From assembly GCA_036558545.1 (NCBI GenBank), contig DATBFJ010000028.1:4259-68258 (forward strand): a DNA stretch of 64,000 bases, in the 5' to 3' direction. This DNA is from Candidatus Limnocylindrales bacterium. GTDB taxonomy: Bacteria; Chloroflexota; Limnocylindria; Limnocylindrales; CSP1-4. The notes under the pieces are model-generated. The model had not been told where the DNA came from and ran no database searches. It worked only from the letters and a program-made list of their open reading frames with translations. Numbering within the stretch: the first letter of the stretch is position 1; each line of letters begins with the position of its first letter. Shown here one piece after another: positions 20,655-29,705 of the stretch. The translations under genes were made by a program, and so were the position numbers.

Positions 20655-23444
20655 GTGGATGCGCTCTCGGACGGTCGCGAAGATGTCGCGCGGACGGCGT
20701 GGAACCTGCTGTCCGATGACCAGACAGGTCCTGGCGCGGTCGTCATCGAGGGTGAGGCCGGAATCGGCAAGTCCTGGCTATGGAAGGCATTGGTCGACCG
20801 TGCGGCCGGCGACGGCATGTACGTGGCGTGCTCTCGACCAGTTGAATCGGAGGCAACGGTTTCGTATGCCGGCCTAGGTGACCTACTGGGCGACGTGCCT
20901 CTTGCAGACGTCGCGGCTCTCCCTGGACCGCAGCGCAATGCGATCGAGATCGCGCGTTTCCATCGTCAGCCAACCCAGCCTTTGGACGACGTCAGGCTGA
21001 TGGGCACGGCACTCGCCGCGCTGTTGCGCCTCATCGCCGCGCGGCGTCCGGTACTCCTCGCAATCGACGATGTCACTTGGCTCGATGTCGCGACGGGCCG
21101 CGCCCTCGGCTTCGCGGCGCGTCGGTTGGATGGCAGCCGTGTGGCGCTGCTTGTCACCCGTCGATCCGTGCAAGACGTCGGCCTTCCCCCTGCAGTCGCG
21201 CAGCTCGACCGAGAGCGTGTGTCAGTGCTCGAAATCGGCGCGTTGCCCGCTCCTCATTTGGCCCGCATCGTTGAGCGACAGGTCGGCCTTCGTCTCAACC
21301 GTGCCCAATCGGTGCGACTGCGCGACCTCAGTCGCGGCAATCCGCTCGTTGCGATCGAGCTCGCACGAAGTGTTGCCACGAGCCGCGGCCAGAATGACCT
21401 GTGGCAGCAGGTCATCGAACAGCCTGTTGTTGCCGATCTCGCGCGCCATCGCTTGAGCGGAGCCGATCCCGAGCTGCTCTACGCGCTGGCCGCGGTTGCG
21501 GCCCTCGCCGAACCGACACTGGACGTGCTGGCGAAACTGCTCGGATCGGAAACGGCCGCGAATGCCGTCGTCGAGGCCTCCAAACAAGCACGTCTTGTGC
21601 ACTTGGAAAACGGCGATCGCCTTCGCTTCGATCATCCGCTACTGGCTGCAGCGGCCTACGCGAGCTTGCCCGCGAGCGAACGATCCGCCCTGCACCAGCG
21701 ACTCGGCGGCCTGATGATCAATCCGGAGGCACGCGCCCGTCACCTCGCGCTGGCTTACGAGCGGCCCGACGAGCCGACTGCGGCTTTAATTGCTCTCGGA
21801 GCGCAGGAGGCATCGGCTCGCGGCGCGCAGGATGCCGCGGCCGACCTTACCCTGGCCGCCCTGCGTTTGACCGATCCGGCCGAGTCGGATCTGATCGTCC
21901 AGCGTTCTCTCATGGCGGCCAGCCACCTGGTTCGCTCCGGTCAAGGGGCTCGTGCCCGTGAGCTGTGCGCCCCGCTCGTTGCACGACTTGAACCCGGGCC
22001 GGCTCGAGCTCCCTTGCTCCGCGTGATGGCCGAGTCCCTTCTGGCGGAGGACAGCTTTCCAGCAGCCATCGAGCTGCTCGATCAATGTCTGACTGAGGTC
22101 GGCGACGACCCGGCTCAGCGCGTGACGATCGATCTTCAGCTGGCTTACGCGAAGGTGAACCGATTTGAGGTTGCCGCTGCGGCGGCCCATGCGCGTCGGG
22201 CACTCGCGGACGCACGAGTGCTGGGCGCGCCAACGCTCATCGGCAGCGCCCTAGCAGCTGACGCGATGATGCGCTTCTTCAATGGCGAAGGCGTCGACAG
22301 GGCCGCTGCCGAAGATGCTCTAGCCCTCGAGGACCCGACCGTGCCAATGCCGGCCCTGTTCCGTCCGCGCCTGCTGGTGGCGCTGCTTCTGTTCGCGACG
22401 GGCGGCCACGTGCGCGCCCTTGAGCTGCTGCGCGGCGTCGTGGCCGACGCGCGCACGCTCGGGGACGAAGCCAGCCTCGTGCCCGCCCTCATGTACATGT
22501 CGTGGTGCGCCGAAATGGTTGGCGCGATCGGCGAAGCGCGGCGCTTGGCAGCAGAGGCCAGGGCTGTGGCTGACGCGATGGAGCACGACGTGGCGCTCGC
22601 GTACGCCCTGTCAGCCACCAGCCGGGTCGCCCTTATGCGCGGCGATCTCGAGACGGCCCGGGCCGACGGGCTCCGAGCCTTTGACGCCTTTGAGCGAGCC
22701 GAGTGGCTGGCCGGCTCGATCTGGCCAGCCTCTGTCCTGGGCGCGGCCGCGTGGGCCAACGGTGAGGCAGAAGAGGCCTTGAAATGGCTACTCCCCGCCG
22801 AGGAGCGCCAGCGCGGTGAGGGTCTGATCGACCCCGGATTGGCATCCTACGGCGACCTGCTCGAAGCAATGGCTGCGGCACGGAGTCGTGATGAGGTGCT
22901 CGCCTGCATCGAACGGCTCGAGACGTTGGCCATAAAACTTGGCGGAGCCACCACCCTGGCGCAGATCGAACGCGGCCGCGCTTTGGTACTGGCTACTGAT
23001 GGCCGTCTCGTCGACGCGATAGCGGCGACCGATACGGCACTCAGCTACCTGGAACGGATCGACCCGCTGCCTTTCGAGCGAGCACGGACGCTGCTCGTGC
23101 GCGGGCGCATCGAGCGCCGCGCGAAGCGCCGCGCCGCCGCGCGCTCGTCACTCGAAGAGGCGCACACAATCTTCAACGGGCTGGGCGCCTCGATCTGGAC
23201 GGAACGCACGGAGGCGGAACTAGCCCGGCTGCGCGGACGCGGACCGGCCGACCTTAGCGAAACGGAGACGGCCGTTGCTCTGTTTGCCGCCGATGGCCTA
23301 ACCAATCGCCAGATCGCAGATGCTGCGTTCCTCACTCCCAAGAGCGTCGAAGGCGTGCTGGCCCGCGTCTACGCCAAGCTCGGAATTCGGTCGCGTGCCG
23401 AGCTGGGACGCTGGGCGGCGCGAAGGCTGCCGCCGACTTCATGA
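20655..23444 (+). CDS. Large ATP-binding LuxR-family regulator (LAL/MalT-like: AAA_16 P-loop, helical/TPR-like region, C-terminal LuxR HTH)
   Basis: It has a Walker A (GEAGIGKSWL) and a C-terminal ETETAVALFAADGLTNRQIADAAFLTPKSVEGVLARVYAKLGIRSRAEL. It is 929 aa. Confidence 0.85.
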   Translation: MDALSDGREDVARTAWNLLSDDQTGPGAVVIEGEAGIGKSWLWKALVDRAAGDGMYVACSRPVESEATVSYAGLGDLLGDVPLADVAALPGPQRNAIEIARFHRQPTQPLDDVRLMGTALAALLRLIAARRPVLLAIDDVTWLDVATGRALGFAARRLDGSRVALLVTRRSVQDVGLPPAVAQLDRERVSVLEIGALPAPHLARIVERQVGLRLNRAQSVRLRDLSRGNPLVAIELARSVATSRGQNDLWQQVIEQPVVADLARHRLSGADPELLYALAAVAALAEPTLDVLAKLLGSETAANAVVEASKQARLVHLENGDRLRFDHPLLAAAAYASLPASERSALHQRLGGLMINPEARARHLALAYERPDEPTAALIALGAQEASARGAQDAAADLTLAALRLTDPAESDLIVQRSLMAASHLVRSGQGARARELCAPLVARLEPGPARAPLLRVMAESLLAEDSFPAAIELLDQCLTEVGDDPAQRVTIDLQLAYAKVNRFEVAAAAAHARRALADARVLGAPTLIGSALAADAMMRFFNGEGVDRAAAEDALALEDPTVPMPALFRPRLLVALLLFATGGHVRALELLRGVVADARTLGDEASLVPALMYMSWCAEMVGAIGEARRLAAEARAVADAMEHDVALAYALSATSRVALMRGDLETARADGLRAFDAFERAEWLAGSIWPASVLGAAAWANGEAEEALKWLLPAEERQRGEGLIDPGLASYGDLLEAMAAARSRDEVLACIERLETLAIKLGGATTLAQIERGRALVLATDGRLVDAIAATDTALSYLERIDPLPFERARTLLVRGRIERRAKRRAAARSSLEEAHTIFNGLGASIWTERTEAELARLRGRGPADLSETETAVALFAADGLTNRQIADAAFLTPKSVEGVLARVYAKLGIRSRAELGRWAARRLPPTS

Positions 23445-23502
23445 TCCGGCCACTGAACCGCGGGGAGTTGCTTTGCGCTGAGCTACCCGCACGCTGACCT
23501 GG

Positions 23503-24078
23503 CTAGAAGCTCGAGATCGGCAGCGGCGTCGCGTTGTTGTCCGTTGGGATCTGGAGTATCTGACCTACCTGGATGTTGTCCCACTGGACGATGTTGTTGA
23601 AGTCGGCCAGCGTGGTCGGATCGATCCCAAACTTGTTGGCTATCTTCGTGATTGAGTCGCCCGCCACTACAACGTAGACCTGGCCGCCGCCGCTGGGCTG
23701 CGGCAGGGCCGGGATGATGAGTGTCTCGCCGGGCTGGATCGTGTAGTTAGGCGGCTGGATCCCATTTGCCTCCGCGATCAGCTGCCACGGAATGCCGAAC
23801 TTTTCGCCAATCAAACTCAACGCGTCGCCGGGCTGGACGACATAAGTCCCACCCGGGCTGAAGTTGGGTGTCGCCGGTGCCGCGCTTGGCGACGGTGCGA
23901 CCGTTGGCGATGGCGTCGGCGCAACGCCAATGGACGACGCAGGGAAGCTGACGCGTGGCGTTGGGGAGGTCGCCGCGACGCCGCCGGCCCCGGTGGTGAT
24001 CAATCCGAAATAGAAAGCCGCGCCCAGAACGGCGCCGGCGGCCGCCAGCGCCACAAGCGCCGTGACCAAGAATGACAT
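23503..24078 (-). CDS. Membrane-anchored protein with two LysM peptidoglycan-binding domains
   Basis: It has a TM helix (MSFLVTALVALAAAGAVLGAAFYF), a Pro/Ser/Thr linker and two LysM repeats (YVVQPGDALSLIGEKFG..., YVVVAGDSITKIANKFG...). The start could lie up to ~24126. Confidence 0.8.
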   Translation of the reverse strand: MSFLVTALVALAAAGAVLGAAFYFGLITTGAGGVAATSPTPRVSFPASSIGVAPTPSPTVAPSPSAAPATPNFSPGGTYVVQPGDALSLIGEKFGIPWQLIAEANGIQPPNYTIQPGETLIIPALPQPSGGGQVYVVVAGDSITKIANKFGIDPTTLADFNNIVQWDNIQVGQILQIPTDNNATPLPISSF

Positions 24079-24160
24079 GCGCACGATGAGCCGATCATAG
24101 CCGCGCTCGCCCTTTTCGCCTGAAACGGATCGTCGACGAACGTGAGGTTCGCCGACGCGT

Positions 24161-24790
24161 TCAGCGCGGGCCCGGTCCGGGCGTGGTGCGTCCAGGACCC
24201 CAGACCTCTGGCCCACAAATGAACGGGCGCGGCCCGTGGCTGAACAGCGCACGCCACGACGCGAGATCTTCAGCCGAGGCGGGCAGTCGGCCGTCCACAA
24301 AGGCGCGATCTACTTCAGTCGCAACGTCGTCGAAAGAGCTCCACTCGATGAACTGCCAACCCTCGTCGCGACAGATACGCGCCAGACCTTCCTTGGCGAA
24401 CACAAGATCGGCGTGCGCCGCACCGTATCTGTCGCTCGTTCCATCCCCGACGAACACGACCACGCGACCTGCTGCCTGGTGCAACCGAACGCGCTCCCGC
24501 TTGCACGTGCCACACACGAAGCAGGTCGGGTGGCCGAACGGAAAGGACATGCCCTCGCCGCCGTTCTGAACAGTGTTCTCGTTCTTTGCGATCGATACGT
24601 CCTGGACGCCGAGTGCTGCCAGGTTCGACTCGATATAGAAGCCGAGTCCGTCACTCACCACTTCGACCACGGCACCGCGCTCCTCGACAGCCGTGACGAA
24701 GCCGGGGAAAGCCAAATCCTGGGGCATCAGTGCAGCCTCGCGGCGGAGCAGCGGCGCGTCGCGGGGGAGCACTTCCATGTCCCATTTCAT
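24161..24790 (-). CDS. HAD-IB family phosphatase (MtnX/DKMTPPase-like). Coordinates use the first canonical ATG; the catalytic N-terminus extends to about 24973
   Basis: It has the motifs VFVGDGTSD and CFVCGTCK. The DxDxT nucleophile motif (FLVDYDGT) is encoded in frame upstream of ATG 24790 (see findings). Confidence 0.65.
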   Translation of the reverse strand: MKWDMEVLPRDAPLLRREAALMPQDLAFPGFVTAVEERGAVVEVVSDGLGFYIESNLAALGVQDVSIAKNENTVQNGGEGMSFPFGHPTCFVCGTCKRERVRLHQAAGRVVVFVGDGTSDRYGAAHADLVFAKEGLARICRDEGWQFIEWSSFDDVATEVDRAFVDGRLPASAEDLASWRALFSHGPRPFICGPEVWGPGRTTPGPGPR

Positions 24791-24991
24791 GAGCTCGCGA
24801 GATCCGATCTCGCCGGCGTCGTACAGCCTGTCGAGGCGATCGAATTCCGCGCGATTGTCGTAATGACGACGCAGCAGCTCGTCACCGATGTCGATGCGCG
24901 AAATGGTCCCGTCGTAGTCGACGAGAAAGCTTACCGGTGCGCCGCCGGCCTCGGGCGGCGGAACAGGGTTCAGCTGGCAGCTCGAACGAGA

Positions 24992-25168
24992 TCAGATCGA
25001 GCCGGAGTCGGCCGTCTCCAGATCCTGCTCGAGATCGAGCGCCTCGTCGTCCGCTTCCTCGGTCAGCTTGAGCCAGATGAATAGGCCTGCCAGGGCCACG
25101 AGCGGCACGATCACAGTTACCGCGAGCAGCACGACCAGCAGCAGCACGAGCAGCTTGATGAGCCTCAT
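24992..25168 (-). CDS. Small single-pass membrane protein with an acidic tail (58 aa)
   Basis: The ATG at 25168 lies 8 nt after GGAGG. The sequence is MRLIKLLVLLLVVLLAVTVIVPLVALAGLFIWL followed by TEEADDEALDLEQDLETADSGSI. Confidence 0.45.
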   Translation of the reverse strand: MRLIKLLVLLLVVLLAVTVIVPLVALAGLFIWLKLTEEADDEALDLEQDLETADSGSI

Positions 25169-25301
25169 CTGAATGACCTCCGATAGGTGCATCGCATCCG
25201 GGAGTCCGGCGTAACTTCGACTTCTTGGTTTTGAGCAACGGTAGCGCACCAACGCACGGTGGGCCACAGACGCAGCAAATATCTGGCAAGGCCCGCCATC
25301 A

Positions 25302-25817
25302 CTATCGTCCGCGACCCTGCTGACCGGCCGCGATCATCGCCTCGATCTCGTCCTTGGTGAACTCCACCAGGACGTGATGCAGCCCAGCCCTGGTCGGCAT
25401 CAACAGCCGCATCACGAACTGATGGTCCTGCTCGAAGAAGAAGACGTCACGTGGCTCCTGCTGGTCGACATAGGCACCCACCACGCGCAGCGCGAGCTCG
25501 TAAAAGCCGGAGTCGGCGGCGCCTGCGCCAGGGGCTGCGGCCTGGCCCTGCTGGCGGCCCTGCCTGCGCGTCTGGGCCTCGTCCATGAAGCGCGACATGT
25601 CTTCGTCGCGCAGGTGGAACGTCTCCTTATCTATGCGCGCTTCGGGATCGGACCAGTCACGCTGCTCGCCTGGTGCCAGCGCCAATCCCTGCACGATGAA
25701 ACCGTCGTCCGATTCGTTGACCGTGATCTCGCGCATGCCGCGTTGATCGAGCACTGCGCCCAGTGAGCGCAGCACCGCTTCATAGTTCTGGCGCGAGGCC
25801 CCTTCGTATGTCCGCAT
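25302..25817 (-). CDS. Hypothetical cytoplasmic protein built from two homologous ~70-aa halves
   Basis: 171 aa. Its start abuts the LCP stop (25817/25818). The internal repeat is visible by eye (YEAVLRSLGAVLDQ... vs YELALRVVGAYVDQ...). Confidence 0.6.
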   Translation of the reverse strand: MRTYEGASRQNYEAVLRSLGAVLDQRGMREITVNESDDGFIVQGLALAPGEQRDWSDPEARIDKETFHLRDEDMSRFMDEAQTRRQGRQQGQAAAPGAGAADSGFYELALRVVGAYVDQQEPRDVFFFEQDHQFVMRLLMPTRAGLHHVLVEFTKDEIEAMIAAGQQGRGR

Positions 25818-27410
25818 TCAGCACTGTGTACCACCTTGGTCGGGTGATGCGGAAGGGGACGGTTGGGGTATTTCCATGGTTGGTACTGGCTGCCCGGTCC
25901 AGTACTGACTCTTGTTGCCATAGATCTGCTGCGAGAGCGTCTGAATCAGATCCATCTTCAGGAATTGAACCGAGCGGCCGTTCGTTTCCGTGCGCGGCAG
26001 GTGTTGCGCCCAGTCAGGAAAGTCGAACACGAACTGCTGCGTCGGGTTAGCGTCAACCTGATTTGCGACGGAAAGCAGCTGGCCGATCTGGTCGGGCGGG
26101 AAGTTGGTGTGAACGACGTCGCCCATGGCGCTGATGATGTTCGGCAGATTGGCGATGTTCTGCGGCTGAAGAAGTGAGGCGCGAATCGCGCTGAGCAGCT
26201 GTTGCTGTCTCTTGGCGCGGGCGAAGTCGCTGCTGCCGTGCCTGGAGCGAGCGTAGGCAAGGGCGGTCGCGCCGTCCATGTGGTATTTGCCCGGTGGCAG
26301 CGACAAGCCGAAGGTCCCGTCACCGTGGGGGTAGCTCGGGTCCTCGATGTCCTTGGTGTTGCACACATCGACCCCGCCAATCGTGTCAATCAGCTGTGGA
26401 AACCCGCAGATGTTGATCGACGCGTAATAGTCGATCGGGATGCCGAGCAGGAAGCCGATCTCGTCCGCGAGTGCCGGCTGGCCCGGGTCCGGGAAGGTGT
26501 CCGGATAGCCCTTCGTGTAGCCGGCGAACGTGTTGAGCTTCCAGTAGCCCGGCATCGTTCCGCCGACATACAGCGGGAACTGGGCCGTATCGCGCGGGAA
26601 GCTGAACATGTAGACCTGATCCGACGCCGTGTTCACGCTCACGACGATCATCGAGTCGGTGTTGGCGCCAGTGACCACGCCCTGGCCGGCACAACGCGTG
26701 TCGAGTCCCAGGAGCAGCACGTTCAGCCAGCCGTCGTCCTTCGCGTCGACCTTGGTTATGTCAAACGATGGGCTTGCGCCTGGCGCGATCGTCGCCGGTG
26801 GTTCCGTGGGATCGGGTCCGTAGTCGTCGCCGTTGTCGTCGCTCGGATTCGGCGTTGGATCGAACGTGGAGCCGGGCGGCAGACCGCTGGGACTTGGTAG
26901 CTGAGCCACGAGGCCTGAACTGAGCGGTAGAGGCGTCGAACCGTCGCTGCAGTCCTCGATCGTGCAGTCGAGGCCGCCGGTCAGCCCTGGGTCGGCGAGC
27001 GAGACGCGATACGCCCAGTTGCCGGCGTACAGCGAGCCAAGCGCGACGATCACGATGAGCGCGATGGGCACGAGATTCGCGGGCCAGGTGATGCGGCCGG
27101 AGCGAGCAGCGCTGACTATGGCCAGGATCCACCACGCGCCCAGCGCAAGCGCCAGGAGCGCGAAGAACAGGGCCACCTTGGGATCGAGCAGCTTGACCCC
27201 AGCCGCCATGAAGCCCGATGACATGACCCACACGCCGAGGATCAGGAACAGGACGAGCACCGGTACCGCGAAGATCAGTGCCTCGCGCCTGCGGCCCAGG
27301 TATGCGTGGCCGAGACCAGGGAAGATGAAGCTGAGCAAAGCGGCCACGGCAGCCGACCTGTCACGTTTCGGGGCGCGGCGGCTCGAGCCCTGATAAACGG
27401 CTTGATTCAA
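25818..27410 (-). CDS. LytR-CpsA-Psr (LCP) family cell-wall glycopolymer ligase with a multi-TM N-terminus
   Basis: The LCP core reads LLLGLDTR...TDSMIVVSVN...MFSFPRDT...INICGF. It has a TTG start behind AGGAGG and is 530 aa. Confidence 0.9.
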   Translation of the reverse strand: MNQAVYQGSSRRAPKRDRSAAVAALLSFIFPGLGHAYLGRRREALIFAVPVLVLFLILGVWVMSSGFMAAGVKLLDPKVALFFALLALALGAWWILAIVSAARSGRITWPANLVPIALIVIVALGSLYAGNWAYRVSLADPGLTGGLDCTIEDCSDGSTPLPLSSGLVAQLPSPSGLPPGSTFDPTPNPSDDNGDDYGPDPTEPPATIAPGASPSFDITKVDAKDDGWLNVLLLGLDTRCAGQGVVTGANTDSMIVVSVNTASDQVYMFSFPRDTAQFPLYVGGTMPGYWKLNTFAGYTKGYPDTFPDPGQPALADEIGFLLGIPIDYYASINICGFPQLIDTIGGVDVCNTKDIEDPSYPHGDGTFGLSLPPGKYHMDGATALAYARSRHGSSDFARAKRQQQLLSAIRASLLQPQNIANLPNIISAMGDVVHTNFPPDQIGQLLSVANQVDANPTQQFVFDFPDWAQHLPRTETNGRSVQFLKMDLIQTLSQQIYGNKSQYWTGQPVPTMEIPQPSPSASPDQGGTQC

Positions 27411-27563
27411 ACGGGGGAGGCCTCCTGAAACGGCACTCTAGCCGACCTCGTTGTGACGCGTCGGGAGCACGACACGTTCCGCGACGCACCGCAATGTTGC
27501 GAAAAAAGTACGTGGGCCAGTGGCCCGGATGCGGCTTTGCCGATGTTCGCGCCGCGGCCGAGC

Positions 27564-28520
27564 ATGACTGACGTGCGTGAGAAATCAGTGAGTCGGCTGA
27601 CCGTCGCGTTTGGCATGGCACTGGCGATGGCCCTTGCAACACAGGCGCCCATCGCCGCGGCCGCGTCGACCAAGGTGACGATTCCGGGCGCTCCCAATTG
27701 CTACCTCTTCCCTGCCGACAACGTCTGGAACGAGCGCGTCGACTCGTTGCCGGTTGCCTCGAACTCGGCCACGATGGTCGCCTCGATCGGATCCGGTTCC
27801 TATTTGCATCCCGATTTCTCGTCCATTTCCGGTGGAAATTACGGGATCCCGTACAACGTCGTTGGCGCGTCAGTGGCAGGCAAAAAGGTCAAGTTTCAGT
27901 ACGCCGGCCAGTCCGACAAGGGACCCTACCCAATTCCCAAGAATCCCAAGATCGAGGGCGGCTCGGATCGCCACCTCCTGATCGTCAAGAAGAACACGTG
28001 CAAGCTCTACGAGCTGTTCGCCGCGCGCAAGACGGCCACTGGCTGGAAGGCAGGCTCCGGCGCCATCTGGGACATGTCATCCAACGCCCTGCGGCCGCTG
28101 GGCTGGACGAGCGCCGACGCGGCCGGGCTACCGATCCTGCCGGGCCTGGTGCGCTACGACGAAGTAGCCGCCGGGGCGATCGATCACGCCCTGCGCTTCA
28201 CCGCTCCGGTGACCCGGCGCGCCTACATCTACCCTGCCCGCCACTACGCCTCCGATTCGACCGACCCGGCACTGCCGCCGATGGGGCTGCGCGTCCGACT
28301 TAAGGCGTCAGTCGATATCTCCCGCTTCGGACCGCAGGCAAGGGTGTTGCTCACCGCGCTCAAGCAGTACGGCATGATCCTGGCCGACAACGGCTCGCCG
28401 TGGTACGTCACCGGTGCGCCGGCCGCCGGTTGGGATGATGACGACCTCCACCAGCTGCAACAGCTCCACGGTTCCGACTTCGAGGTCGTCGACACTTCCT
28501 CGCTGACCAACGGCCCCTGA
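27564..28520 (+). CDS. Conserved secreted protein of unknown function
   Basis: It has a signal peptide (LTVAFGMALAMALATQAPIAAAAS) and conserved-looking blocks (NVWNERVDSLP, TSADAAGLPILPGLVRYDEV, HALRFT). I recognised no family. The start at ATG 27564 was chosen from the signal peptide. Confidence 0.55.
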   Translation: MTDVREKSVSRLTVAFGMALAMALATQAPIAAAASTKVTIPGAPNCYLFPADNVWNERVDSLPVASNSATMVASIGSGSYLHPDFSSISGGNYGIPYNVVGASVAGKKVKFQYAGQSDKGPYPIPKNPKIEGGSDRHLLIVKKNTCKLYELFAARKTATGWKAGSGAIWDMSSNALRPLGWTSADAAGLPILPGLVRYDEVAAGAIDHALRFTAPVTRRAYIYPARHYASDSTDPALPPMGLRVRLKASVDISRFGPQARVLLTALKQYGMILADNGSPWYVTGAPAAGWDDDDLHQLQQLHGSDFEVVDTSSLTNGP

Positions 28521-28784
28521 GCGCGTCCCTCGGCCTTCGACGGCAGCCTGACAAATGCCGTTCCATCCAGCTTCAGCACGAAGCCCCGCCTGAATAGCGG
28601 TCGAAATGTGGGCGTATGTCGTCCAACTTCAGTCGACCTGCTCGACCGCCTTCGATCTCCTGCGCCACGAATCGGGAGGGCATGTCTTGCTGCTGCAGAC
28701 CGAGGCGATGCCGAAGCAGCCTCGATGCTTTGGCCAACCGTCGTGCGTCCGCGTTCGACATCCGAGGATCATGTTGAGAGTCGC

Positions 28785-29705
28785 TTACTGACGACTTAGC
28801 TCCACGGCGATCGAGGCGGCGACGAGGGCGTTGTTTTCGATCAAGGCAAGATTGGCCGCGACCGAGCGTCCGTTGGTCAGAGCGGCGACGCGCGCCAACA
28901 CGTATGGCGTTGCCTCCGGGCCGTGAATACCGGCTGCCTCGGAGTCCGCAACTGCCTGGGCGATCGCGGACTCGGCTTCCTCCCTCGGGAGCGCGGCGTG
29001 GGCCGGCACTGGATTGCAGATGAGCAGGCCCGACGAAAGTCCGAAGGCCCAATGGGTCCTCGCAACGCGCGCGGCACCAGCCGCGTCAGCGACGGAGCCG
29101 GCTAGGACGCGGCCCGAATCGCGAGCGTAGAAGCCGGCGAGTGCCGTCGTCTGCCAGCCCAGGACTGGCACGCCGCGCGTCTCGAGGTACTCGAGCGTCA
29201 GGTCAATGTCCAGGACGGATTTGGGGCCGGCACAGACGACAAGCACGGCAGTCCGAGCCAGCTCATCGAGATCGGCCGAAATGTCCATCGTTCGCTCTCC
29301 GCCACGATGGACGCCACCTATGCCGCCTGTAGCGAAAACACGCACGCCCGCCAGCGCCGCCGCGATCATCGTCGCCGAAACGGTCGTTCCTGCCCAGCCG
29401 CCTTCGGCCAGGGCGAGCCCAAGAGTTGCGCGAGAGGCCTTGCGTGGTGATTGGGCGGTGGCTATCTCTTCCAGGTCTGAATCGGAGAGGCCCACGACCA
29501 GCTTCCCCGCGCGCACGGCGACCGTCGCCGGCTCGGCCCCACCCGTGCGCACGGCCGACTCGGCACGTCGAGCCGCTTCCACGCCCATCGGATGGGCGAA
29601 GCCGTGTGTGATAAGCGTCGATTCCAGCGCCACGACCGGGCTGCCCGCAGCGAGCGCGGCGGCCACGCGCGGCGCAACTTCCAGCACGGATGAGAGATCG
29701 GTCAC
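28785..29705 (-). CDS. psuG: Pseudouridine-5'-phosphate glycosidase
   Basis: It has an IndA/PsuG signature (PVVALESTLITHGFAHP...VFATGGIGGVHRG). The GTG start at 29705 forms a GTGA overlap with the psuK stop. Confidence 0.9.
   Translation of the reverse strand: MTDLSSVLEVAPRVAAALAAGSPVVALESTLITHGFAHPMGVEAARRAESAVRTGGAEPATVAVRAGKLVVGLSDSDLEEIATAQSPRKASRATLGLALAEGGWAGTTVSATMIAAALAGVRVFATGGIGGVHRGGERTMDISADLDELARTAVLVVCAGPKSVLDIDLTLEYLETRGVPVLGWQTTALAGFYARDSGRVLAGSVADAAGAARVARTHWAFGLSSGLLICNPVPAHAALPREEAESAIAQAVADSEAAGIHGPEATPYVLARVAALTNGRSVAANLALIENNALVAASIAVELSRQ

Noticed and set aside
19226-20938. 5' over-extended ORFs in the track: TolB-like 570 aa, rho 547 aa, SbcC-like 948 aa, rsfS 223 aa, psuG 384 aa, gnd 408 aa and SRPBCC 334 aa.
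   Set aside because: In each case the conserved protein begins at an internal start with an SD or a stop/start overlap. The upstream part is Arg-rich, overlaps a neighbouring real gene, and lacks homology-like sequence.
20655-23444. The LuxR-STAND (LAL) protein and the cyclase-STAND protein, considered as Avs-like antiphage sensors.
   Set aside because: Their effector domains (LuxR HTH, class III cyclase) and chromosomal context among housekeeping genes fit the common actinobacterial MalT/LAL regulator families better than defence islands. There are no nuclease, Sir2 or TIR effectors, and no neighbouring defence genes.
24985-25000. Alternative genetic code (TGA as a sense codon), as an explanation for the in-frame TGA between the TM micro-ORF and the HAD gene.
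   Set aside because: TGA terminates many conserved genes in this window at their expected ends (pyrG, nadD, the sbcD-like gene, opcA, tkt), so a genome-wide reassignment is not supported. No convincing SECIS-like hairpin follows the TGA.
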